A stretch of 63,382 bases of DNA, the filler included, from Sphacelaria rigidula (taxonomy: Eukaryota), in assembly GCA_964200075.2 (NCBI GenBank). It is 5 parts of 5 records of this genome, joined end to end, with 100 filler letters (N's around TTAATTAATTAA, not from the genome) between each part and the next. Parts side by side here need not be neighbours in the genome. Positions count along the whole stretch, not along the records: positions 50,788 to 63,382 come from CAXNAA020003588.1; 4 more parts are not named here. One strand, given 5' to 3'. The notes below the pieces were generated by a model. That model ran no database searches, was not told where the DNA came from, and saw only the letters and a program-made list of their open reading frames with translations. Positions 51,841-63,382 of this stretch are shown here, in pieces. Made by a program: the position numbers and the translations under genes. The stretch's first letter is position 1, and every line of letters starts with the position of its first letter.

Positions 51841-52280
51841 TGTGCGTCAATTCAAGTCCAACATAAGGCATACTATGTTGTGCACAGCATGTCATTGTAC
51901 AGTAACTGTACACACACATTGCGACATGTTGTTGCACTCTAACTGATCAACCAGGGTTCCAGCCGTGGTCACATGGTGGAAATACCCGAGATAAAAACAA
52001 AACATAGAAGATTCAAAACACAGGTTGTTAGGAACACATACCAGGTGGGCCGAAATCATCGGTAAAATCGCTCAGACAATGATTCTCTGAATAATTATTG
52101 CAAAAGGTACTCTAAATAATTGCAGTATCACGCGGTCACCGAATTGTATTAATTCATGCCACGTAATATATTCATAAAATCGCGGCCTCTCCGTGCCTAG
52201 GTGTCGCGTGGAAGACCATATGTCTATTCCGACACTCAAAGAAACGCTGCCGAACAGATGGTGACCCGACGGCAATAATC

Positions 52281-55200
52281 ATGGCGCCCTGGCGCATCCC
52301 TCGGTTTCAATGGCTGCTGGGCATACCCAGTATTCGCCGCGAGATCGATGAGATGCTGAAGGCGCGGGGCGAGTCATGGGATATCAAGTAGGCGACGTTT
52401 GACGTGGGCGTAACTGATGTGCACAGACAGCGACAGCCATTTGTCCGAAATTAGGTGGGCACACCATGCTCTATTTATGAACAGGAAGTGTTTCCTCGCA
52501 ATAAGCTGTAACCGTGGTGCACTGGTTGCGATCTCATCGCAAGTGCGAAGCAAATGGCCCGAGCGGGACCCCGTGGCAGTGAGGGTTGGAATACCGGTCT
52601 ACCGGGGGGCTCTGTGTATTCCGGTTGACAGTTCCTTGATGGGCGAGCCCATTGGTGAGAGGGTTTATTTGCAAACCAACACGCAAACTTGCGGCAACCA
52701 CCAATCCGACTATGCCATTGTTAATGATACAAAAATGATTTCCCTTACTATCGTGTTAATCATCAAAAGTGGTTCCTCTTAATATCGTGTTGATGATCAA
52801 AAGTGGTTCTCCTTACTATCGTCATCGCACCGCTTATGACGGCAATCCAGCCGTACTTGTTTCCACCGACAGAACAGGCGTAGAATAACATACACCATAC
52901 TGCACCAGATTATCGTATACGCCAAAGATCAACACATTGGAGCAGCGGTGAGTTTCTCGTGCCGCTGGAGTATAGGCAACCTTGTTCCGGGTTCTCAAAG
53001 AGACCGTGAGAGGCCGTGTCTGGCAACGTTTCGTGCGCAGCGTGGATTTAAGGGCGCTACGGCTGCGACAAAGAGTTCAGTAACCTACATTTAACACCGT
53101 TGAAACACCCTTTACAGCCGAAAGTCAAGAAACCACACTGTACAGTCTGGAGTGATGTCGGTGCCGACCCAGATTGCCTCAGCTTTGGACGTCTCGATAT
53201 ATTACTGCCAAAACAAGTATTCTGTCCGTGTAGCTGAACAGAAGCTGTGCGCAGGTCAATCACAGGTATGCTGGGACTCGCCGCGGGTGTCGTTAGGCTG
53301 TACACGAAAAACCCCAACCATCAGACATGAACCTGCTAGGCGATTTTTTCCCCCCACGAAAAACACCCTTTGCTGCGTTGGCGCAGTGTTCGATACATGG
53401 ACGAGACGAGGCATGACTTCTGTGGTACAATTAGCATGTTCCTAGAGTGAATCGCTCCAGCAATGCTACATGTAGCCCTGACCAAAGGGTAGCCGTGGTT
53501 GCGTACCTATCGAGTTCTCACCACCGGTACACGTGTCTGTCGTATAGTGCGATTTGGTTTTCGGGCATGAAGGATTGTAAGGTAGAGGTGCACTTTTTTG
53601 TTCAAACGTTTTCTGAGCCATCGCACTAAGGCCCAGGTGTTTTGTTATCCAGGACTCCGACAGCACAGAGCCTCGGAAAGAATATGTGCACCCCTACCGT
53701 GGAACCGCTCGCATTATTAAATTGAATCGGTGTAAACGAGTTGACCCCCTTGACCCAGCCAGCACCATTAAGAAGTGATTCATGACTTTCTCCCAGTGAA
53801 TGATAGATGACTGAGAAAAAAAAAACATTTTTTTTTTGTGCGCAAGGAAAGCGGTTTCGTTGGCACAGAAACGGATCACCGGTGGCTTTGCAGCTATAAG
53901 CATTGCATGAGAAGTTTCAGACATGAAAAAATGATATCATTTGGCTACCGCCGGAAACCACGGAAACATAATTGCATTATAACCTGCAACTGTCGTCTAT
54001 CTGTTATCACAGAGCACAGGGAAAACGATATCCCTGTATTCCATGTGCATCTGGGAATAATCTTTGGTGAAGAGCACGGGCAGGAAATACGAACCCCCCA
54101 CATGCAGTGCTCCGACACAAAACGACTTTAGTACATAACTTTTTTTTCAGTCACATTTTAATACCTCATTTTCCCCGGGACGAGCCCGTAGTCTCAAGGG
54201 ATCAAACCACCTCTCCCCCGGTGCACGCGTTGCATTTTGGTACAGTGGAGGGCACGGTTTCAGAGACGGGTGTTCCACACGAAAGAAACCTCTCTTCAGC
54301 ATGACTTTCTATTGTATCGTTTTAAGAGAGTTTTTATGGTAAACCAGTTGCTGGGTTTAACAGAAAACCTTTCTTAAAACGATATACATATACTGGTTTT
54401 AGACTGGGTGAAATCAAGAGATCTCGAAGGTACGCTTGTGTCGTGGCGCCACATTAAACTAATGAAATCACGTATTCAGTTATTTATGGTGCGATTCAGG
54501 ACCCGCACCCAGCACGATTCCTCCTTGTTGTGATGTAAAGGATCACCACTACTGTATTCCGTGGTCTACAGGGTACTCCAGCATCTGAACATAGCGGCCA
54601 AAAAAAACGAGAGAGAGGACAGAAAACCGCACACGAGTGCTACCGCAGTACAGAAAGCGACTGAAGCCAACAAGGGTGCAAATCAACCTTGCCAGTGACA
54701 ATCAAGAACTCACATCCCTCCTACGTTACCCAGCAACAGACACCAAGACTGCGCTTGTCGGCAGCCCCTGCAACTTTACACGAAGTCTGCCACGGAAGTT
54801 TGTTTCGATTTCCTTAAACTAAACTCGTGCTGCAACGAACCCACTGCGCAAGGCATCGTGCTGCTGCCAGTGAAGCTGTGGGCTGTTTATCAACTATTTT
54901 ACTGCTAAGCAGTACGACGACAGAATGCTGCACTGGTTGTCAACAGCGGGCTATAAGAGCGAGGGAATGACGGGGAGGTACGGTTTAAGAGAAACGGGGT
55001 TCGGTTCCAGAGAGTGGTGTGCCAAGCCGTTTGATCTCTTGAACCGGCATTTCTCTCAAACGTATCTCTCTTAAACCACGGCCCCTACTATATCGCGGAT
55101 TGGATCATGATCACTACTCCCGCACCGCGTCGACGCTCAGACTCGTCATATAAACTCGATCAAACTCTCTTTGCTTACCTCACTTCCTCATGCTTTCAAC

Positions 55201-58200
55201 AACGGAAATCAGCATTGTTCCGGTGAATACAACAATGTGGCTTATGTATATATATATATATATCTTGACACGGTTGTGATGATCCTACAAGTTTGGTCGT
55301 GCCGTACAGTAAACAATGCGGTAGTATATGATTCACGGTTTGAAAATCAGCGGATCATCACATGTTTTTAGTGACTATGTCGCACGTCCTACTTACACCA
55401 CGTGCTTCGTTGCGTAGTCCACAGTCAGCCGCGCCTCCTCAAGTGTGTGCTGCTACGGCGAAGGTGGTGATGGAGTTGCACATTTATTGCGTATTTCGGG
55501 TTGGGGAAACGTGTCGTCGCGCCCCCGTGGTCCCATTGGTACGTGGACGTCAGTTTGAGCGGTTTATATTCGTTGAAAATCCCACGGCATAGTTCTTCTG
55601 TAGTTGCCGTCGTCCGAACGCGTGAGAACGAGAGATGGTGAATCATTATTTTCTGATGAAAATCGACAAGCCGCGGCGAGTGAAACTTTGCGAAATAATT
55701 GCGAAGCAAGTACGTCGAGAATGACGAGGACAGTGAGGTAATAGCACCTTCCAGAGACAAGAAGCGCCCATGCTGGACCAAGAATGAAGTAGGGATTTGC
55801 AGTTTGTGAATGGCGCATGGACTATGCAGTTTTGATGCATTGTAAACACTGCGGTATGGCACTTTGAGGTACATACCGTACGATCATGTCGGAGACAATA
55901 TACTGTATTATTGAACTGTGCGTCGTTCTACGGGAATAGTGCGAGACACAAACCCTGATCATCTTGAAATAATCCTTGTTTCAACAAGACTATTTCAGCC
56001 GTAGCGCAGATGCAGGGATGTCTCGTTTCACCTCGTACTTCCACCTCTTTAGCGTTCACGTGCTCCTAATTTCACTTCCGTGCGATTTACGTGTAACGTA
56101 ACGGAGACGCATGCCCTACGCATACATATGCATGCCTACTTGGCTGAATTGTCTTCAACGATTCCAAGTGCAAGCTTACTGTCCTAGAGAGAGGGAGTTA
56201 TAAACTTCCCACGCGTACTACGACTCACTCTTTCAGTATATATGCCATCATAGACTGTGGATGAAGTGAAACAGTTCCTGTCAGCTGTTTGTCGTGAGAT
56301 TCATATATGCCGTGTCGTCGGCTGACCTACCGGTACGAATCCCGAGAACGCCTGCGGAGTGACTCGCCTCGAAAGCAAAGGTGTCAAGCTACCCAGCGAA
56401 AATGCGTCTGATAGCAAATCTTCTCGGGAAGGAATATTTTCGAGGACTTGCTGCATATCGCTCACATCGCCGGACAAGAAATGAGAAGCAGGAGCGCGAG
56501 GCAGCAGCGGCGAGATTAGGTATTGAGCGAAGCGGGACAAGAGGCGCCGCAAAAACACCTGTCCGGCTTGAACAGGAACACTCTTATCGGTGCGTCTCAA
56601 AAACATAACAACAGTACGGTACAGTCTTCTGGCATTCCCTTCAGTACAGTCGTATCCGTATCTTGTGTGCGTGCCGTCACTCAGATACCACGCGGATGGT
56701 GGCATAGAATATCCTTCTCGGAACAAGCTTGAAGAACACGACAGCTCTTTTGCTGTTACATGCTGTAGTAATGCATGAGTAGTACATTCTGGGGTGGATA
56801 CATGCGCTTATTGATTTCATGTACATGAGAGATGAAAATAACTGGCTTGAGGAGGACGCAAAATGTACATGAAATCAAAGTGACAAAAGCCGAGCAAACC
56901 GAGCAGTTGAGAACTCCCACACTTGCGATCCTTTTCGCCAATGTCACCCATATGAATGAGGCGCTCCATGCAGTCTGAAACCAGCTGTCATGCGCTTCAC
57001 GGTCATTTTCTTCGTGTGACAGCTTTGGGGCTGATTTGGAGGGGCAGGGATGGTGGCATCACTCAAAAGAATATTCGAACGTGCCGCAACCACTAACCGC
57101 AAGTTTAATTGGAGCACACGCCACTCGTTTTCACCAGACCTCTACGAATATTCGAAGCCTTTTGAAGGTGTTTCCAGCTGGGCCTGACCACCGATACCCC
57201 CGTGCCATACCCGTGTCATTATTATGCAACCACGAATTGGGATTATTGCCTACAGAGCAAGGGGTGTGCGGGGGAGATTGAGTTGTCCATGCAAGGACGA
57301 TGATGGTAAAATGTTTTGTTTCGCTCCATATACGGTACGGAGACGGTACAGTCGCAGCAGTTTTCCGTTTCCCGCTGTGATGTGAAATGCTCCAGTGGCT
57401 CTTGGACCGAAGAGAAGGGGTCCGGTAGTCGTCTGGGAGAAAAAATAATTGTCTCCGAGCTGGGCCAGCGTAGAAGCGAATTTGAGCTTGAAAGCGGATT
57501 CCCCACCTCAGTTTTGAGAGTGGTGCTTTGGAGTTTGATAAAGATTATCGCAGGGAAAAAGAGAACGCGTTCTGCACAACATCGAGTCCTTTTTTCATGA
57601 GTTGAGGGCAAAAGGCAAAATACTTTCCTTACAAAACCGAGAACAAAATCTCAACGTGAATGCATAATATACAATGTATTGAAATTAGAATGAAAGCTTT
57701 AAAATGCTATACTTCTCGGTAGATGACGAATGAGGTGAAGGAGAGGGTATATCGATCGTGTCCCTTTCTCTAAATAATTTTCACACCAAAAATCAGCATC
57801 ATCCGCTGATTCTATCGTGACGGGGTTTCCTATAAACGTTAGCGTGGTGGAGATACTTCCGTCCGTCACGGGATTAACTCGACGTGGCGTTCAATCAACA
57901 AAAAAGCATCTGCGCGGGCTGTTGAGTAGATCTGAGATGGGCATTTGCTCCTTGAGTGGGAATTAACAACATGTGCGGACCACATGCCCAATTCGACTTC
58001 GTCGATGAGACATGGTTGCGACAGCTCAAGTCTGTTTTTAGGGTTGCCCTGCTCGTATATATAGCTCGAACTTTATTTTTTCCTTACATTATTGCCAATG
58101 CACACCCCCGCACCGTGCACCAGACCTCCATCTCGCAGTGCAATGCAGTGCAGTGCAATGAAATAGGAGGCGACCACTTGCACTGCGAGACGAGGAGGTT

Positions 58201-59929
58201 CAGATCGGTTGAGTTTAGTCAAAGCATACGTAAGCAAAACGGAACGCTGTCATAGTGCCGCTTCGCGTGTCCAAATTGGAGATCAAGGTGCAAACGTCTA
58301 CGCAAACCATCAAGCAGGGTCTATGGGGCGGGACTCCTGCTTTGATACCACGTGCTTCCATAGACCCAATGGGAGGCGTTGTCGCTCTGTTTGTCAAACA
58401 TGTTGGCCTTTCCGCTCAGACCAGCAATCGGTCAACCCAGAGAAGTGAAAAAGTGAGCAAAGCTGTACATGAACTTGACATACTACGGAGGAGAAATCCA
58501 TCAGAGAGGCATGCAGCAGGTAGCCTACTACCGGTGAAAAAATAATCACGAAGAATGCTGCGTATTTACCCGCTCTCCTCCTTCAATGTACTCTGCCGCA
58601 GCACATGTTGATTTTTATTGATTTGATTGATTGTCACACTTTAACTGACCACCCACGGGTCCAGTCGTGGTCGCATGATAGACGTACCCTAGAAAAGCAC
58701 AACTGAAACACGTTCAAGAAAACGAAGGAGCAGGGAGAAGTCGAACAGAACGACATAGTAAACTAAGACATAAAAAAATATCAAGAGTAATAAAGAAAGA
58801 AAAAAATCAACAAAAGCAAAGCACAGAGGGAGAGATGGCCGACCTGAAAGAAAAGGGGGGGCAGAAAAAATATGTATTGAAAAAAAATAATTCAAAAAAG
58901 GAAAAAGCCCAAGGAATACAGGGCAGCAAAGTAGATACAGACACACACCAGTGGGCACCGCAGAGCCTAAGGACATAATCACATGTATTCGGGGTATACG
59001 CGCTTTCAAACAAAATATTGGAGATGGTCCCCACCACGATCTCCAAGACAGTGGCACTTAATTCTTTGGTAGCTAGCTTGGGTCATCTAGAGAGTCAGCA
59101 TCATCTTCACTTGAAAAACGAATGCAAGACCCAGATGACCCATCCTGGCAGTCAAAACGGTGAAGACACGCTATCTTTCACATTTTCCTCGACCCGCGGT
59201 TAAGTGGACAACTGTCTTCTTTTCACTGCCCACCTACGCACTGCACCCTGGTGCAAGCAGTTCAAGGATTTCAAGGCTCGATAATGCGTTTCTACACTTG
59301 CCGGGCTCTCGCCTAGGCTTTACTGACGTGTATCCGTACGCCCGGTTTCGCTGAAGCTGCGAGATTAACCTTCTATGTTCAACGCATGGAGTTCGAGGAG
59401 AGTGGGACGTCTGGTGAGGAGCGCCTGTGGCCTACCCTTGAGGCCAGTTTGGAGTAGCACTGCGGTAGGAGTGCACAAATAGTTTCCGAGGTTCTAGTAA
59501 TTAAGAGCCCTCTATCCCACCTAAAAAACAACATGCTGTACGAAATATGCGAGAGCACGCCAAAATTAGCATTCCGATGGGATACCGATAATATCTCAAA
59601 TGAATTTGAAAACGGGAATGCCCCTGCGTGAGAAAGATCTGGGGCCCAACTGTGAAATCCCTACCGTAAAATGACTCTTTGATACAGCAAGAGGGTATCA
59701 CTGCGAGCCCGAATGCACAACATAGTACAGCTCGTCAATTTTGTTTCAGGTTTTCTTACAGGTGGTTTCGGGCCGTTCTCGGTGCAAGATCGGCCGCATC
59801 TCCAAGTTGGTGTCCAACATGTCGTTTACTGCAAATGAACTTAAACCGAATTCTAAGGGCGGGGCGACAGCATATAACGGAACTACATTGGCGACGCCCA
59901 GTAGCTCGATCGACCTACAAACGCTGTAG
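52281..59929 (+). CDS. Possible multi-exon gene of unknown function (one exon weakly C2-domain-like)
   Basis: Several open AG...GT-bounded segments: 52281-52387 (ATG), ~53146-53265, ~55425-55538 (IYCVFRVGETCRRAPVV), ~56350-56589, ~58256-58452 and 59762-59929 (stop). A full model could not be assembled. Confidence 0.35.
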
Positions 59930-60306
59930 TGAACATCTCACAACCTGTTCGGCACAAAAGGTACACACATATACAGAATAAGTGGCCAGCTCACAGAGGT
60001 ACATGTGGGAAAAATAGAAACACCTCAGATTCCTATTATATATCTATAAATACTTTTGGACGCGTCGCTTTGAATGACCGCAAAAACCTTGCCCGTCCTG
60101 TTACGTCTTCCTCGACCTACACTGGGTTGAGCTTCATGCAAACAAAATAGCTACATGTGAACATGTAGTGACCAAGCATCTTCGTGTAATCTGACTACTG
60201 GCCTAACCACCCCGTGTTTCTCCTGTTCAAAAATCCTCCTACACTCCTACACATATTCGCGCAAGGAGGGCACGACAAGCCCCCATCCTCCCGTTGAGAT
60301 GAACGA

Positions 60307-62952
60307 TTATTCATGGACAAGCGGCCGGGTCTGCTGCACCAGATACTCGTACGCCTCGTCGTCCGTTCCTTTCAGAATTGGCCCCAGGGTAGATAGCACC
60401 ATGGCATGGTAGCTGTCCACCCATTCTCGCTCTTGCTCGGTAAGCAGGCTTGCGTCGATCAGCTTGTTTGGTTCAACATTTGGCCATCAGTTTTTTATAA
60501 TTTCGGTGCAGCAAATTTTCACGCCAGCAAGTTGGTCGAGACCCAGGAAGAACATCGATCAACGAAGAGTAAATGGAGGGAGGGTGCCGCGGAGGAGCGG
60601 GAGAGGGCGAGGGGGGAGGGGGGGGGAAGGTTCACATCGCACAGATGAGGCGCGTAGCAAATACAAGGTCAATGGTGCTGTGGCAGGCGAGCTTTGAGAT
60701 ATGCACGACGTCACGGACGCTAAGGAAACTTTCAATGGAACCAGCCGAAACCTAATGACGCATCCACGTACCTTTGCTTGGATCGGCGCCATCGTGATCG
60801 TTTCGAACGTACAGGATCGCTTGCCGCCAAAGTTGTGTGTCGTCTCTTTCTCCACGCAAATGCACACACTGCGAAACAGCGAGGCATCGAACAGGAAACT
60901 TTCATGAGGGTACCTGTATATCTTGTCATGTGCTTGTTCCCCCTATCGGGACAAGTATATCGTCATATTTCCAGGAAGGACGGACCGAAATCTACGTCGT
61001 GAACAAAGCTATGGCATAAGATCTTGTGATTTTCATGAAAGTTCGGCAATCCTCTTGTTCCGTCAAAGCGTTTGGCGCGTTATTTCGATCACCCCCCCCC
61101 CCCCCCGCCCAACCTCCACCCGCCACCAGGGTCGCGCACATCGGCCTCTTCAGTCCATGGCACACTCACGCGAATCAAGGCTCATCACTTGCTGCACCAC
61201 ATGCACCAACGGCATCCGGTACTACTGCTGCCCACGACACAGCAGACGCCTTATACGATAGCCCCCCTCCCCCAAAAGCAGCCCAAAAGTGCCACGAAAA
61301 AAATGGTCATGCAGCGCCTGATGTTTGGGTTCAGGCTGCATGAAGCGCCTCATATCGGCGACATTGGCGAGAACGAACCCAAGTGTGGGAATTCCCAGCT
61401 GCTCGTTGTGCTCGGCTTTTTCCATTCCAATTTAATTTCAAGTGAAGATTTTGCCCCCCCAAACCAGGCACTTTGGGGGCTACGAGTACCAGCAGAGGTA
61501 TTCTGAGGCTACGAAATGTGTCTACTGTAATGAAAACGGCAGGATAACGACGCGGTGCTGTCCACTCACTTCTCTATTCTCAAACCGAACAACCCGTCTT
61601 CGTAGTAACCAGGCTCGTTCGATGTCGTCATACCCACCTGTTGCATGGAAACGAAGCAGCAACAGAAACGACAAAAGCACAACGCATCAACTGCAGCTTG
61701 TGGGTTTGTACTACAATAGTGCCACCCACAACGCAAGGCAGTCCACAGCCTCAGGATAAAGAATACGTGATAAGAGATAAACTTCGGGAGATTTTGGACT
61801 GTGAGCAAACCAGGGGTCCAAGCCATTCAACAGTACCGGGAGATCCGCTTGGAGGGGAGAATTTCTTCACGCGAAGATCTGCTCGGGGGACGTCAAGGAT
61901 GGACAAGGGTACAGCCCCTAGCTTGGATCTTGACATCTGTATTCACAGGAAATATTGCCAGAATGCGCCCATATCCACTAAAGTTAATATTGTCGGCCAT
62001 AGAGACGACTCGCGTATAACTCAGTCCCGGGCAGATTACACCACGGCTATAGCACTGAAAAGCTTCGTTGACTGCCATGCGAGCACGGTAACACACATGG
62101 CGACAAATAAGCAAGGTTCGCTACCCGGCATACTCACCTTGATGCCCTGTTCGTTTGGACGTATCCGGCAGTGAATCCCGTGAGGACCCTCGTGCACGTT
62201 CAGGAACGCTCCCACCCCTGGATTTTAGTCCGCGGCAGGTAGGGGGCGCAGAACCATCATGCGAACTCAAATATCAATGGGTACACAATACACAACCCCG
62301 ACGTCATCTTTTTCGCCTGGAGGGCTCATCAGCGAAGTGATCACATAGAATAACCCTCTGCTGCGATATGGGGCACATGTGCCACAGTAACCAAAAAAAG
62401 ACGCAACACGCACCGTGACCCGTCCCGTGTCGGTAGTCGAGCCCGGCTTCCCACAACGCCACTCGGGCCAAAACATCTAGCTTGCTGCCCATCGTGTCTT
62501 CCGGAAACGTTGCTCGCGCCAACGCGATGTGTCCCTGCGCAATGCACCGTGTGTGGAGGACGCACCGGGGTGCTTTGGACGCTCGGATGGTGTACTTATC
62601 GTAGCGGTCTCCACGTACATCAGCCTCAGCGTACACATATATCACAGCGCTCTTTCAGACCTGTCCCATAGTCCAATTTACATTTCACATATGATAATCA
62701 AGTACGGTTGGGAAGCTCGAAGGGGGTGGAGTGAGGTGGGGTGGTGAGTAGGTGGTGTGTACAACAGTAAATCACACCTAGGCCACGAGCCAGGTCTGCG
62801 AGGGGAGCAGGACTCCAGGAAAACTTGGGCCGATCTGTGTACCTCACCTTTAGCACAAGGGTGAAGCAATGTCGCTGGTGCGGCGTTGGTTCTCCGAAGT
62901 GCAGCGTTCGTGTTATGTCGGTCGTACCGTCCTCGTACTGCGCACCCGAGTC
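60307..62952 (-). CDS. Xaa-Pro aminopeptidase (aminopeptidase P, M24B, XPNPEP1-like), 3' exons
   Basis: Exons 62952-62848 ([16 protein letters not shown]), 62534-62414 ([10 protein letters not shown]), 62217-62138 ([11 protein letters not shown]), 61637-61570 ([18 protein letters not shown]), 60868-60772 and 60462-60307 (EREWVDSYH...TAA). All five metal ligands (D, D, H, E, E) are present and phases are consistent. Confidence 0.93.
61245..61485. mobile_element. Second copy of the 14985 MITE family (intron of aminopeptidase P)
   Basis: High similarity to 14985-15200. Confidence 0.8.
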
Positions 62953-62974
62953 CTGGAGACACGAAGAACCAGAA

Positions 62975-63270
62975 GGGGGGCGCCGACAGGGAGGTTGCAC
63001 CCATGATCCTGCATGCCGTGGTCATATGACCATTGATCTCACATCCCTACAAAGCTGGGACGGAGCACGCCGGGTTCTCGCCGGACCAGGCTCGCAATCA
63101 CCAAGCGCGAAGCGTCGTGATATGTTCGGCGAGTCTCGTGAAGGGTGGGTTGCATCCTGCTAAGATTGTTCAGCCCGAAGCGTACTGATTATCTTGCATA
63201 TGGATGACAGCCTCGAATGAGTTACTTCATTTTCTGGTATCGCCACTTCCCGAGACAGTCCGGGGTTACA
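62975..63270 (+). repeat. Repeat family A copy
   Basis: Same shared motifs as the other family A copies. Confidence 0.7.
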
Positions 63271-63382
63271 CACTGTCTTGTAGATAAGCGGTAAGGGGGG
63301 GGGGGGGGGGGGCAGGGGGGATGTGTTGCGGTATGCTCAGGGGGCGATAATTTCTTATCGCTGTGCTTTGTAACGGAGAGGG

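Overview
Eukaryotic, intron-rich and repeat-rich DNA. The short exons, long introns and repeat style suggest a stramenopile such as a brown alga (inference only). The window is not contiguous: it holds five contigs of about 12.6 kb joined by artificial 100-bp N/TTAATTAATTAA/N linkers. Contig 1 has the 3' exons of an MSH5-like MutS gene (- strand). Contig 2 has a decayed Ty3/Gypsy retrotransposon with a CCCH zinc-finger Gag and a chromodomain-like integrase tail. Contig 3 has the 5' exons of a membrane-anchored PAPS sulfotransferase (+). Contig 4 has a ~9.5-kb TIR-bounded DNA transposon whose 12-exon transposase carries an intact-looking WRN/RNase D-type DEDDy 3'-5' exonuclease and a CACTA-like SH3-type module inserted inside its DDE core; this is the most notable item. 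Contig 5 has the 3' exons of an aminopeptidase P gene (-) and a possible unknown + strand gene. MITEs (several with 4-bp TSDs), a tRNA-derived SINE family and foldback repeats are scattered throughout.
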